Shown piece by piece: positions 36,148 through 44,545 of a stretch of 64,000 bases of DNA. Under the pieces are notes generated by a model. The model did no database searches. It saw nothing but the letters and a program-made list of their open reading frames with translations, and was not told where the DNA came from. The stretch is from Planctomycetota bacterium (GTDB lineage: Bacteria > Planctomycetota > SZUA-567 > JAKLDR01). The stretch lies in the NCBI GenBank assembly GCA_022703445.1, contig JAKLDR010000013.1, positions 2,599 through 66,598 on the forward strand, in the 5' to 3' direction. Position 1 is the first letter of the stretch. Every line of letters starts with the position of its first letter. Made by a program: the position numbers and the translations under genes.

Positions 36148-37518
36148 CTAGAACTCCGTGGATCCCGTGAATCTGAACGCGCTGAGCTTCAGCGCCGGCA
36201 CGCGGGTCACGCCGCCGTCCCACTCGCCGCCCACGCCCTGGACTTCGGAGCCGACCTGCTCCACCCGGGACAGCGCGTCGAGCACCGACTCGGTGAAGCG
36301 CATGTTGCAGACCGGCCCGGCCACCCGGCCGTTCTCGATCAGGAAGACCCCGTCGCGGGTCATGCCGGTGATCACCGCCTTGGTGGGCTCGGCGACGTTG
36401 GTGTACCAGAAGCGGTTGACGAACAGGCCCTTCGCGGTCGAGGCGATCATGCCCGCCAGGTCGGCGTCGCCGCCCTCCATGACCACGTGCATGGGCAGCG
36501 CGCCGTGCGCGGAGAGCGGCCCGAAGGAGTGGCCGGTGGGAGCCGCGCCCGTCTTCTTGGCGGTGCGGCTGTTATGGGGCAGGTCGCGGGCCACGCCCTT
36601 CTCGACGAGGGTCAGGCGCTTGCGGGGCACGCCCTCGTAGTCGAAGGGCAGGGGCATGGCCGTCGGGTCCAGGCCGTCGTCCCGCAGGGTGATCTTGTCG
36701 CCCACGATCGGCGTGCCCATCCTGCCGGCCAGGCAGGAGCGCCCCTCCTGGTGGGCCTGGGCGTCGAAGCCCAGGTAGACCAGGAAGTCGACCAGCGTCG
36801 AGACCGCCCGGGGGGCCAGGATCACCGGCCACTCGCCGGGGTCAACCTTGCGCGGGCCGCGGGCCTGCAGGGCGGTGTCCACCGCCTCGCGCCCGAAGAT
36901 GGCCAGCCGGGCCGCGAGGGCGTCGACCGACCCGCCCGACCAGTCCTCCGAGCCGGCCGCGCCGTCGACCATGGCGGTGCAGGCCGCGCTGAAGGACGAG
37001 CCGGTGGCGTACTGGCGCACGTCGTTGCTGGTGGCCACGGCCAGCTCGAAGCCGCCGCTGGAGACCTTGCCGGAGGCCACGACGCCCTTCTCCCGGGCGT
37101 AGCCGGCGGCCCGGGCCACGAGGCGCGCGCGCGAGGCCGGCGACAGCGTGGCGGTCTTCTGGTCGCAGGCGCCCTGGATCTCCGGGGCCGGCGCACCGAC
37201 CGCCTCGGAGACCAGCCCCGGGAACTCCTTGTCCTCGGCGGCCTGGGCGGCGATGGCCGCGGCCAGGCGGGCGGCCTGGGAGATGCCCGTCCGGTCCAGG
37301 CGGTTGGTGGTGGCACCGCCGAGCTTCTTCCCGATGATCGCCGCCACCGTGACCGAGGCGTCCTCCTCGGCCACGTTCTGGTGGATGTAGTTGTTGGCGA
37401 AGCGGGTCAGCTCGCTGGAGCCGGCTGTCAGCCGCGCGTAGCCGGCCTTGGCCCCGGCCTTCTCGAGCTCGCCCAGGGCGCGCTCGAGGATGGAGAAGGA
37501 CCTGTCGCGACCGATCAT
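36148..37518 (-). CDS. pmbA: PmbA/TldE metalloprotease subunit
   Basis: ORF 36148..38268, started at ATG 37518, which overlaps the tldD stop (ATGA). The TldD/PmbA-family C-terminal region (GLFVNRFWYTNV..TGMTRDGVFLIENG) lacks HExxxH, as expected for the E subunit. Confidence 0.85.
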   Translation of the reverse strand: MIGRDRSFSILERALGELEKAGAKAGYARLTAGSSELTRFANNYIHQNVAEEDASVTVAAIIGKKLGGATTNRLDRTGISQAARLAAAIAAQAAEDKEFPGLVSEAVGAPAPEIQGACDQKTATLSPASRARLVARAAGYAREKGVVASGKVSSGGFELAVATSNDVRQYATGSSFSAACTAMVDGAAGSEDWSGGSVDALAARLAIFGREAVDTALQARGPRKVDPGEWPVILAPRAVSTLVDFLVYLGFDAQAHQEGRSCLAGRMGTPIVGDKITLRDDGLDPTAMPLPFDYEGVPRKRLTLVEKGVARDLPHNSRTAKKTGAAPTGHSFGPLSAHGALPMHVVMEGGDADLAGMIASTAKGLFVNRFWYTNVAEPTKAVITGMTRDGVFLIENGRVAGPVCNMRFTESVLDALSRVEQVGSEVQGVGGEWDGGVTRVPALKLSAFRFTGSTEF

Positions 37519-38963
37519 TTCACGACCCCCACCTGAACGTTCCTGAAGCGGGCCGGCGCCGTGCCGTGGCCCACGTGGGCGGTCTGCCCGGGCTGGCCCT
37601 TGCCGCAGTTCGGCGTGCCCCACATCTTCCAGTGGTCGCGCGAGCAGACCGCATCGCAGGAACCCCAGAACTCCGGGGTGATGCCGGTGTAGGTGGGGTT
37701 CTTGTACATCCTCCCGAGCCTGCCGCCGCTGATCTCCCAGGCGGCCTCGGTGCCGAACTGGAAGTTCAGCCGCCGGTCGTCGATCGACCAGCTGCGGTTG
37801 GTGGCCAGGAACAGCCCGCCGTCGGTGGCGGCCAGCAGGTCGTCGAACTTCCACTCCCCGGGGAGCAGGTTGATGTTGGTCATGCGCACCAGGGGGATCC
37901 GGCTCCAGCCGTCGGCGCGGGCCGCGCCGGAGCTGGCCAGCCCCAGGCGCGCGGCGCTCTCCCGGTCGGAGATGTAGCCGACGAAGACCCCGGCCTTGAT
38001 CACGTCGACGCGCTGCGCCGGGGTGCCCTCGTCGTCGAAGCCGAAGGTGCCGAGGCCCAGCGGCTCGGTGGCGTCGGCCACCACGTTGACGTGCTCCGAG
38101 CCGTACCGGAAGCCCCCGAGCTTCTCGGTGGTCAGGAAGCTCGTGCCGGCGTAGGCCGCCTCGGTGCCGAAGACCCGGTCGAGCTCTATGGGGTGGCCGA
38201 TGGACTCGTGGACCTGCAGGGCCAACTGCCCGCCGTCGAGGACGACGTCCCGCCGGCCGGCCGGGCACTGCGGGGCGTCGAGCAATTGCCGGGCCTCGGC
38301 CGAGACCCGCTCGGCGTTGCCGGCCAGGTCCATGGCCCGCACGTACTCGAAGCCGGCGGTGCCGAAGTTGCCCCGGAAGCTGTTGGGGTAGCTGCGCACC
38401 TGGAAGTCCGAGCCGCGCACCGCGGTGGCGGCGATGCCGGCGCCGGTCTCGGTGATCTCCTGCTCGAAGCGCACGCCCTCAGTGTTGGCGAAGTGGGTGC
38501 GCTTGCGGAAGATGCTCATGAAGGCCTGGGTGACGGGCAGCTCCGGAGCCCGCAGGCGCTTCTCGGCGGCGGCGAGCAAGCCCAGCTTCTCCTCGACGGA
38601 GACCTCGAAGGGGTCCTCGGCCACCGGCGTGCGGTACTGACCCTCGCCGAAGGCGCCGCCCGGCGCCAGCTGGGCCGGCTCGGAGGCGCGGACCAGGGAG
38701 CTGGCCTTGGCGATCCGGGCGGCCAGCTTGGCCACCCGCGCGGCCTGGCTCTTCTTGGACACGTCCGCCGCCGAGGCGAAGCCCCAGCAGCCGTCGATGA
38801 TCACCCGCACGCCCAGGCCGGCCGAGACGGCGCTGGAGGCCCCGGCCGGCTTGCCGTTCTTGACCTCGTAGCTCTCCGAGCGCTCGTCCACCAGCCGGGC
38901 CTCGGCGAAGGTGGCGCCGAGCACCCGGGCGGCGTCGAGGGCGCTCTTCAGTACGTCTTCCAT
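37515..38963 (-). CDS. tldD: TldD metalloprotease subunit
   Basis: 482 aa. It has HESIGHPIELD (HExxxH), a GTSFL segment and a C-terminal GxC..GKG region typical of TldD. Confidence 0.9.
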   Translation of the reverse strand: MEDVLKSALDAARVLGATFAEARLVDERSESYEVKNGKPAGASSAVSAGLGVRVIIDGCWGFASAADVSKKSQAARVAKLAARIAKASSLVRASEPAQLAPGGAFGEGQYRTPVAEDPFEVSVEEKLGLLAAAEKRLRAPELPVTQAFMSIFRKRTHFANTEGVRFEQEITETGAGIAATAVRGSDFQVRSYPNSFRGNFGTAGFEYVRAMDLAGNAERVSAEARQLLDAPQCPAGRRDVVLDGGQLALQVHESIGHPIELDRVFGTEAAYAGTSFLTTEKLGGFRYGSEHVNVVADATEPLGLGTFGFDDEGTPAQRVDVIKAGVFVGYISDRESAARLGLASSGAARADGWSRIPLVRMTNINLLPGEWKFDDLLAATDGGLFLATNRSWSIDDRRLNFQFGTEAAWEISGGRLGRMYKNPTYTGITPEFWGSCDAVCSRDHWKMWGTPNCGKGQPGQTAHVGHGTAPARFRNVQVGVVK

Positions 38964-38993
38964 CTTTCCGCTTCCTCCAGGTCCGTTTCAGCC

Positions 38994-39097
38994 CCAAAGA
39001 CACAAAGAACGGCCGGTGCCATCGGCTTGTGGTCCCGTTCCACCACGCAGTATCCCCTTGGGGCCCTCTTTAGTGTCTTGGTGTCTTGGTGGTTGAG
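38994..39097 (-). repeat. Post-stop hairpin element, copy 2
   Basis: On the minus strand, CTCAACCACCAAGACACCA (39097..39079) begins 6 nt after the TGA of the HIT gene and is identical to 23366..23384. GTGTCTTGG segments (39073..39089) can pair imperfectly with CCAAAGACAC (38994..39003). Confidence 0.5.
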
Positions 39098-39103
39098 TGC
39101 CCA

Positions 39104-39445
39104 TCACCCCGGCGGCCAGGACAGCTTGCGGCCGCCGATCAGGTGCAGATGGATGTGGAAGACCGCCTGGCCGGCCTCCGGCCCGCAGTTGAAGACCAGC
39201 CGGTAGCCGCGCTCGGCCAGGCCCTCCTGGCGGGCCAGTTCCCTGGCCGCCAGGTGCAGCCGGCCGACGATCGCGGCGTGGCCGGGCTCCAGGTCGTTGA
39301 TGGTTTCGATGTGCTCCCGCGGGATGATCAGGACGTGGGTCGGCGCCACCGGATTGATGTCCCGGAAGGCGACGATCTCGCCGTCCTCGAAGACCTTCTT
39401 GGCGGGGATCTGACCGGCGGCGATCTTGCAGAATATGCAGTCCAT
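39104..39445 (-). CDS. HIT (histidine triad) family nucleotide hydrolase/transferase
   Basis: MDCIFCKIAAGQIPA... N-terminus and the histidine triad HIHLHLIGG. 113 aa. Confidence 0.9.
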   Translation of the reverse strand: MDCIFCKIAAGQIPAKKVFEDGEIVAFRDINPVAPTHVLIIPREHIETINDLEPGHAAIVGRLHLAARELARQEGLAERGYRLVFNCGPEAGQAVFHIHLHLIGGRKLSWPPG

Positions 39446-39450
39446 GCGCG

Positions 39451-39488
39451 ATCCTCCGGAACCACTCTCCGCTGAGACTGCGGAGGAT
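39451..39488 (-). promoter_or_regulatory. Hairpin pairing the HIT gene Shine-Dalgarno with an upstream anti-SD
   Basis: The minus-strand RNA would read AUCCUCCG-(22 nt)-CGGAGGAU-CGC-AUG. The 8-bp perfect arms are 39481..39488 and 39451..39458, and the GGAGGA of the 3' arm is the only SD for ATG 39445. A regulatory function is inferred only. Confidence 0.3.
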
Positions 39489-39629
39489 TATATCGCCGCC
39501 TGAGCGGCCCGCAACCAGCGCCGCGCTTGAATCACCCTCGGTTTCCTGGGGGTTTGGGCCCGCGTCGGACCGTCGCGGGGTCAGCCTTGGGCTACCGCCT
39601 AGAGTGTCGCGCTCCCGGCCGGGTGGAGT

Positions 39630-40868
39630 TCAGGCCCTCCTCATCGCCAGGCAGGCGTTGTGACCGCCGAAGGCGAAGGAGTTGGAGAGGGCCAGGCGGA
39701 GGCCCTTGGCTTCGCGGGCCGAGCCGGGGACGCAGTCGAGGTCGCAGGCCGGGTCCTGCTCCTCGATGTTCATGGTCGGAGGGATCCGGCCGGTGTGAAC
39801 GGCTAGCGCCGCGATGGCCGCCTCGGCGGCTCCGGCGGCCCCAAGCATGTGGCCCAGCATGCTCTTGGTGCTCGAGACCGGCACGCGGTCGGCGGCCGCG
39901 CCCAGCGCCAGCCGGATGGCCCGCGTCTCGGCCGGGTCGTTCAAGGGCGTGCCCGTGCCGTGGGCGTTGATGTAGCCGACCGCGTCGACCGGCTCGCCGC
40001 TCATGGCCAGCGCCCCGGAGATGGCCCGGGCGGCCGGCTCGCCGGTGGGCTCCGGCGCGGTGATGTGGTGCGAATCGGAGGTCAGGCCCCAGCCGGACAG
40101 CTCGGCGTAGATGCGTGCGCCGCGGGCGCGGGCCCGCGCCATCTCCTCCAAGACCAACACCGCTCCGCCCTCGCTCATCACGAAGCCGTCGCGCCGCAGG
40201 TCGAAGGGCCGGCTGGCATGCACCGGGTCGTCGTTGCGCTTCGATAACGCCCCGCAGGCCGAGAAGGCCGCCATGGACAGCGGGGTGATGCTCGCCTCGC
40301 TCCCGCCGGCCAGCATGACTTCGGCTTGGCCGGTGAGGATGCACGAGGCCGCCTGGGCCACGGCCACCGCTCCCGTCGAGCAGGCCGCGGTCACCGCGAA
40401 GCTCGGGCCCTTGAGTCCGTGGGCCTCGGCCAGCGCCGCCGAGGCGGCGTTGATCATCATCTTGGGGATGGACAGCGGCGGCACCCGGTCGGGCCCGCGG
40501 TTGATGAGCCGGGTCTGGCCCTCCTCGATGGTCTCGATGCCCCCGGAGCCCGAGCCGACCAGCACGCCAGCGCGGTATGGGTCGAGCTTGTCCGCCTCCA
40601 GCCCGGAGTCCTTCAGCGCCATGGCCCCGGCGGCCACGGCGAACTGAACGAAACGGTCCAGGTGCCGGGCGGTTCGGACGTCCATCCAGTCGACCGGCCG
40701 GAAGTCGCGGGCCTCCCCGGCAAAGCGCGTGGCATAGGGGGCGGCGTCGAAGCGGGTTATTGGGCCAATGCCGTTGCGTCCGGCCAGCAACGCCTTCCAG
40801 ACCGGCTCGGCGCCGCAGCCCAGCGGCGTCACCCAGCCTATGCCGGTGACGGCGACGTTGCGGGTCAC
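39630..40868 (-). CDS. fabF: Beta-ketoacyl-ACP synthase II-type ketosynthase, coupled to the radical-SAM fusion gene
   Basis: ORF 39630..40964, started at GTG 40868, which overlaps the upstream stop (GTGA). N-terminus (M)TRNVAVTGIGWVTPLG. Catalytic triad context ACSTG / HITAP / NAHGTGT, and C-terminal NSFAFGGHN. Confidence 0.9.
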   Translation of the reverse strand: MTRNVAVTGIGWVTPLGCGAEPVWKALLAGRNGIGPITRFDAAPYATRFAGEARDFRPVDWMDVRTARHLDRFVQFAVAAGAMALKDSGLEADKLDPYRAGVLVGSGSGGIETIEEGQTRLINRGPDRVPPLSIPKMMINAASAALAEAHGLKGPSFAVTAACSTGAVAVAQAASCILTGQAEVMLAGGSEASITPLSMAAFSACGALSKRNDDPVHASRPFDLRRDGFVMSEGGAVLVLEEMARARARGARIYAELSGWGLTSDSHHITAPEPTGEPAARAISGALAMSGEPVDAVGYINAHGTGTPLNDPAETRAIRLALGAAADRVPVSSTKSMLGHMLGAAGAAEAAIAALAVHTGRIPPTMNIEEQDPACDLDCVPGSAREAKGLRLALSNSFAFGGHNACLAMRRA

Positions 40869-43800
40869 GACCGCACCACGGCCCCGGCCAAGAGCGGACG
40901 CTCCTCGACGAAGTAGCGCCGCAGCGATGCCTCGTCGAGCGGGCGGCGGGCGCCGCGCAGCCACTCGCGGAGCTCCCCGGCGCGGTCCAGGAAGAAGCGG
41001 TAGAGGTTGCGGTCGCCGTCGAGATGGCCGAAGTGCTCGCGGTAGGTTTCCCAGGCGGCCACCAGATCGAGGCCCAGCAGCACCGCCGGCGCGCCGCCGA
41101 CTTTGGCGTAGGCGCGCTCCGGTCCGGCCTCGGTCATCAGCAGCATGCGCTTGTAGAAAGATACGTGCCGGGGGTTCACCGTGATCAGGAAGTCGGTGGC
41201 CCCCTCGAGGTGATGGGCTACCAGATAGGCCAGCTTGAAGAGGTGCTTCATGATCTCCGCGCCCCGGCGCAGATCGGTTTCGATGCTTACCAGACTGACG
41301 ATCTCGCAGAGCTTGCGGCCGCCGGCGCGCAGCCCGTCGAGCTCCGACCGGTAGAGTTCGTCGGCCGGCAGCCCAAGCGGCGAGTCGAAGACCAGGGTCA
41401 AAGCCGCCACCGGGACGGACTGGGTTCGGGAACTGCCCGCCGGCTCCTGCCGTTCGACCAGCAGCGTGGTCGTCCCGGGCAGCGCGTCGTGCAGCCCGTA
41501 CCAGAGCTCCTGCGCGTTGGGCCCGGCATAATCCTTCCCGCGATAGACCCGGTAGGCCAGGCGCCAGGCCTTGCGGCGGTCCTCGGCGGAGGCTGCCACC
41601 CGGATCGAATAGGCCCCGTCAGCCCCGAAGCGGTAGCCGGCAGAAGTATGCCCGTCCTGCTCCTCCAGATTGCGCAGCGCCTCGGTCAGCCGGCTCCTCA
41701 TGACGCGCTCCCTACTGTCCGGGAACCCGGCCTGCTCCATCCCCGCCGGGGCCGGAGCTTCCGGCGGCATCCGGCGGGCGAACGCATAACCCTTCGCGGC
41801 CTCGGCCGCCGCCGGACGGCTCTCCCCGGCTGGGGCCTGCTCCCTGACGGATTCCGCCCTGCGTCCATGGGCCGCCAGGCGGGCCAGGGCCAGCCGGGCC
41901 CGGGCGAGCAGCGAGAAGACCGTCACCGCCAGCCCTCCCTTCATCCGGTCCGGGCGCTGGTCGCAGCCGGCGCAGACCGCGCCTGGCAGGTGCGCCTCCT
42001 TGCGGGCCATCAGGCTGGCGATCGAATCGGTCAGCACGTTGCCGCGCGGGGCGCGCACCGCCTGGTCGTTGCAGCAGATCGAGTCGCCGGCGGCGGTGAT
42101 GAACAGATGCGCGTTCCACATGCACGGCAGGCTGAAGCTGCGCACCAGGTCCAGCACCTCCCAGACCTTCGGGAAGAACCTGCGATAGGAGATGCTCATG
42201 TTCACGCGCACGCCGTTGACCGCCCGGCCGTTGAAGGCCCGGACGAGGTCCGGGTAGAAGTCCACCGAGCTGCCGCGGCTGCGGACGAGCCCCGAGCGGT
42301 TCGAGGTCGCCGGGAAGAGCACCAATTCGACCTCGCCGAGCCCGGCGCGCTCCGCCTCGCGGGTCAGGAAACCGACCGTCTCCGGGAAGCCGCGGCGGAC
42401 CATCTCTCGCTCCGGCGGAGAGAGATGGAAGCACAGCCGCGGGATGCGGCCTTCGGCGCGCAGCTCCATCGCCCGGCGGATCCCGGCCTTGGCGGTTTCG
42501 AGCGTCTCGGCGCCGCGCTCCGGACGGCCGAACATCAGCCGGCCGTAGTCGGCGGGCTCGGTCGTCGGGAAGGAGACGATCAGGGTGAGCCGGTTCCCGG
42601 CCACCGCCTCGAGCACCCCGGGGACCAGCAGCCGCTGGCCGTTGGTCACCACCGAAACCTCAGGTGCCGGCACCGGCGCCGCCCAGTTGCGGAGCATGGC
42701 GCCGAACATGTCCATCCGCTCGCGGAACTCGGGGTGCAGCGTCGGCTCGCCGTCGCCGGAGTTGGCGATGTAGCGCACCCGGACCCCGGCGGCCGCGGCC
42801 TGCTCCACCCGGGCGATCAGCCGCCCGGTGACCTCGCGCGGCTGATACTCGCGCGGCCCCTTGTAGCCGGCCTTGTTCACCCCGCAGGTCTGGCAGTTGC
42901 AGTTGCAGATGCCGTGGACCAGGCTGTTGTTCAGCGACAGAGGCCGGCGGGTGCGCATGGTGCAACCGGCTGGCTCCAGACCGGCGAGCCCCCTCACCCG
43001 CCGGCTGCTGAGCGCGAAGGCGGCGCGGCGCAGGAGATTGAACCCGGTCAGCATCTGCAGTCTGCGGATCAGGATGAAAAGCCTCCAGAGGGGCTGCCCC
43101 GGCGCCCAGCGCCGGAGGACCGAATTGGCCAGGACCAGCAGGCCCATCGGCGTGTTCTCGTCCTCGTCGTACATGAGGAAGTTGGCGTGCCGCAGCGCCT
43201 CACGCTTGGTCAGGGCCTTGACGGCGTCGAGGGATATGCCCCGAGGCTGGAAAGCCACCGGGTGGAGGAAGTTGTCCCCGGTCTCGGCGGCGCCCTCGGC
43301 CCTGAGCCGCTCGGCAACCGGCGAACCGCTGTAGACCCGCAGGCCCACGCCGATGTCCACCAGGTCCCACGGCGCCGCCGCCCGACCGATGGTCGCGAAC
43401 GTCTCGGCAAGGGTTGCGGGCGTCTCGTCAGGGGCTCCGACCAGCAGGAACCAGTGGACGGCAATGCTCCGCTCGTGCAGCAGGCGGCCGGCGCGAAGCA
43501 GGGCGTCCTTGCGGAAGTTCTTGCCCAGGCTGCGCAGCGTGGCGTCGCATCCGGATTCGGCCCCCAGGTCCACGTCCCGGAACCCCGCCGCCTGGAGCAG
43601 ATCGGCCAATTCCTCGTCCACGGCTCCGGGGTTCAGGCCCATGGTGTGCAGCTGCAGGTCGAGCCCGCGGCCGGCGATCTCCCGGAGCACGGCCTTGCAG
43701 TGCTCCAGCGGGATGTTGAAGGTGCTGTCCGTGAACTCCAGCCTGCGGATCCCCGACTCGCGCACCAGTTCCTCGATCTCGGCGGCCACCCGCTGCGGCG

Positions 43801-44473
43801 AACGCAGCCGCCAGGCGCGGCCCTCGATTCGGTTGTAGGTGCAGTAGGTGCAGCCCAGCGCGCACCCGCGCTTGGTCTGGATCTGCAGCGGCGACCCGGC
43901 CCGGACGTAGGGCTTCAGATCGAGCCAGCGCCAGGCCCGTGCGGCCGGAAGTTCGTCCAGGCGCTCCACGCACATCGGATCGTTGTTCTCGGTTATGCGG
44001 CCATCGAGGAGGCGGACCAGCCCGCCCATGCCGTCCAGCGGCTCCCCGGCCGAAAGCCGGCGCAGGAACTCCACCATGGCCGCCTCGCCGTCGCCGCGGA
44101 TGGCGTATTCGAGATCGAAGAACCTCAGCATCTCGGCCCCACTGATGCCCACGGCCGGGCCCCCGATGACGATGGGGCCGGGGAAGACCCGCTTCAACGG
44201 CTCGATGGCCTCCTCGCGAACGGCATCGAGCAGGAACCGCGTGCTGTGGCCGGCACAGTTGTCGATGTTACGAATGCCCACCCCAACCGCGTCGGGACGA
44301 AGATCCGCCACTGCCGCCGCAATGCTCCGCGCCGGATCGCGCGAGAAACACAGGTCAAGCACCCGCACCTCATGCCCGGCCTGCTCAAGCGCCGAGGCCA
44401 CACAGCACAGACCGAACGGGATCACCGGCCATGGCTGGTGGAAGCGGTTCGAGTTGATCAGCAGCGTGCGCAT
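40865..44473 (-). CDS. Triple-fusion protein: B12-binding-type radical SAM + second radical SAM (SPASM/twitch-like) + FeeM/LuxI-like N-acyltransferase domain
   Basis: ORF 40865..44512, started at ATG 44473 (AGGAGG 6 nt upstream). Domain 1 is a Rossmann-like N-terminus plus CALGCTYC (43841..43864). Domain 2 has CNCNCQTC (42884..42907), SGDGEPTL and a late Cys cluster CCNDQ..CAGCDQ. Domain 3 (last ~260 aa) has RKAWRLAYRVYRGKDY...VNPRHVSFYKRMLLMTEAGPERAYAKVGGAPAVLLGLDL, resembling long-chain N-acyl amino acid synthases. There are no stops between domains. Confidence 0.8.
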   Translation of the reverse strand: MRTLLINSNRFHQPWPVIPFGLCCVASALEQAGHEVRVLDLCFSRDPARSIAAAVADLRPDAVGVGIRNIDNCAGHSTRFLLDAVREEAIEPLKRVFPGPIVIGGPAVGISGAEMLRFFDLEYAIRGDGEAAMVEFLRRLSAGEPLDGMGGLVRLLDGRITENNDPMCVERLDELPAARAWRWLDLKPYVRAGSPLQIQTKRGCALGCTYCTYNRIEGRAWRLRSPQRVAAEIEELVRESGIRRLEFTDSTFNIPLEHCKAVLREIAGRGLDLQLHTMGLNPGAVDEELADLLQAAGFRDVDLGAESGCDATLRSLGKNFRKDALLRAGRLLHERSIAVHWFLLVGAPDETPATLAETFATIGRAAAPWDLVDIGVGLRVYSGSPVAERLRAEGAAETGDNFLHPVAFQPRGISLDAVKALTKREALRHANFLMYDEDENTPMGLLVLANSVLRRWAPGQPLWRLFILIRRLQMLTGFNLLRRAAFALSSRRVRGLAGLEPAGCTMRTRRPLSLNNSLVHGICNCNCQTCGVNKAGYKGPREYQPREVTGRLIARVEQAAAAGVRVRYIANSGDGEPTLHPEFRERMDMFGAMLRNWAAPVPAPEVSVVTNGQRLLVPGVLEAVAGNRLTLIVSFPTTEPADYGRLMFGRPERGAETLETAKAGIRRAMELRAEGRIPRLCFHLSPPEREMVRRGFPETVGFLTREAERAGLGEVELVLFPATSNRSGLVRSRGSSVDFYPDLVRAFNGRAVNGVRVNMSISYRRFFPKVWEVLDLVRSFSLPCMWNAHLFITAAGDSICCNDQAVRAPRGNVLTDSIASLMARKEAHLPGAVCAGCDQRPDRMKGGLAVTVFSLLARARLALARLAAHGRRAESVREQAPAGESRPAAAEAAKGYAFARRMPPEAPAPAGMEQAGFPDSRERVMRSRLTEALRNLEEQDGHTSAGYRFGADGAYSIRVAASAEDRRKAWRLAYRVYRGKDYAGPNAQELWYGLHDALPGTTTLLVERQEPAGSSRTQSVPVAALTLVFDSPLGLPADELYRSELDGLRAGGRKLCEIVSLVSIETDLRRGAEIMKHLFKLAYLVAHHLEGATDFLITVNPRHVSFYKRMLLMTEAGPERAYAKVGGAPAVLLGLDLVAAWETYREHFGHLDGDRNLYRFFLDRAGELREWLRGARRPLDEASLRRYFVEERPLLAGAVVRS

Positions 44474-44529
44474 GTCGGCCTCCTGCGCGGGGGGATCAAA
44501 GGCCACCTCCAACTCTCAGTCCCCAGTAA

Positions 44530-44545
44530 AGCAATGAATATTCCA
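44530..44545 (-). promoter_or_regulatory. Candidate sigma54 (-24/-12) promoter of the fusion gene
   Basis: Minus strand TGGAATATTCATTGCT: GG and GC have exactly the spacing of TGGCAC-N5-TTGC. The element ends 56 nt upstream of ATG 44473, in an AT-richer gap, and a divergent sigma54 activator gene is adjacent. Confidence 0.4.
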
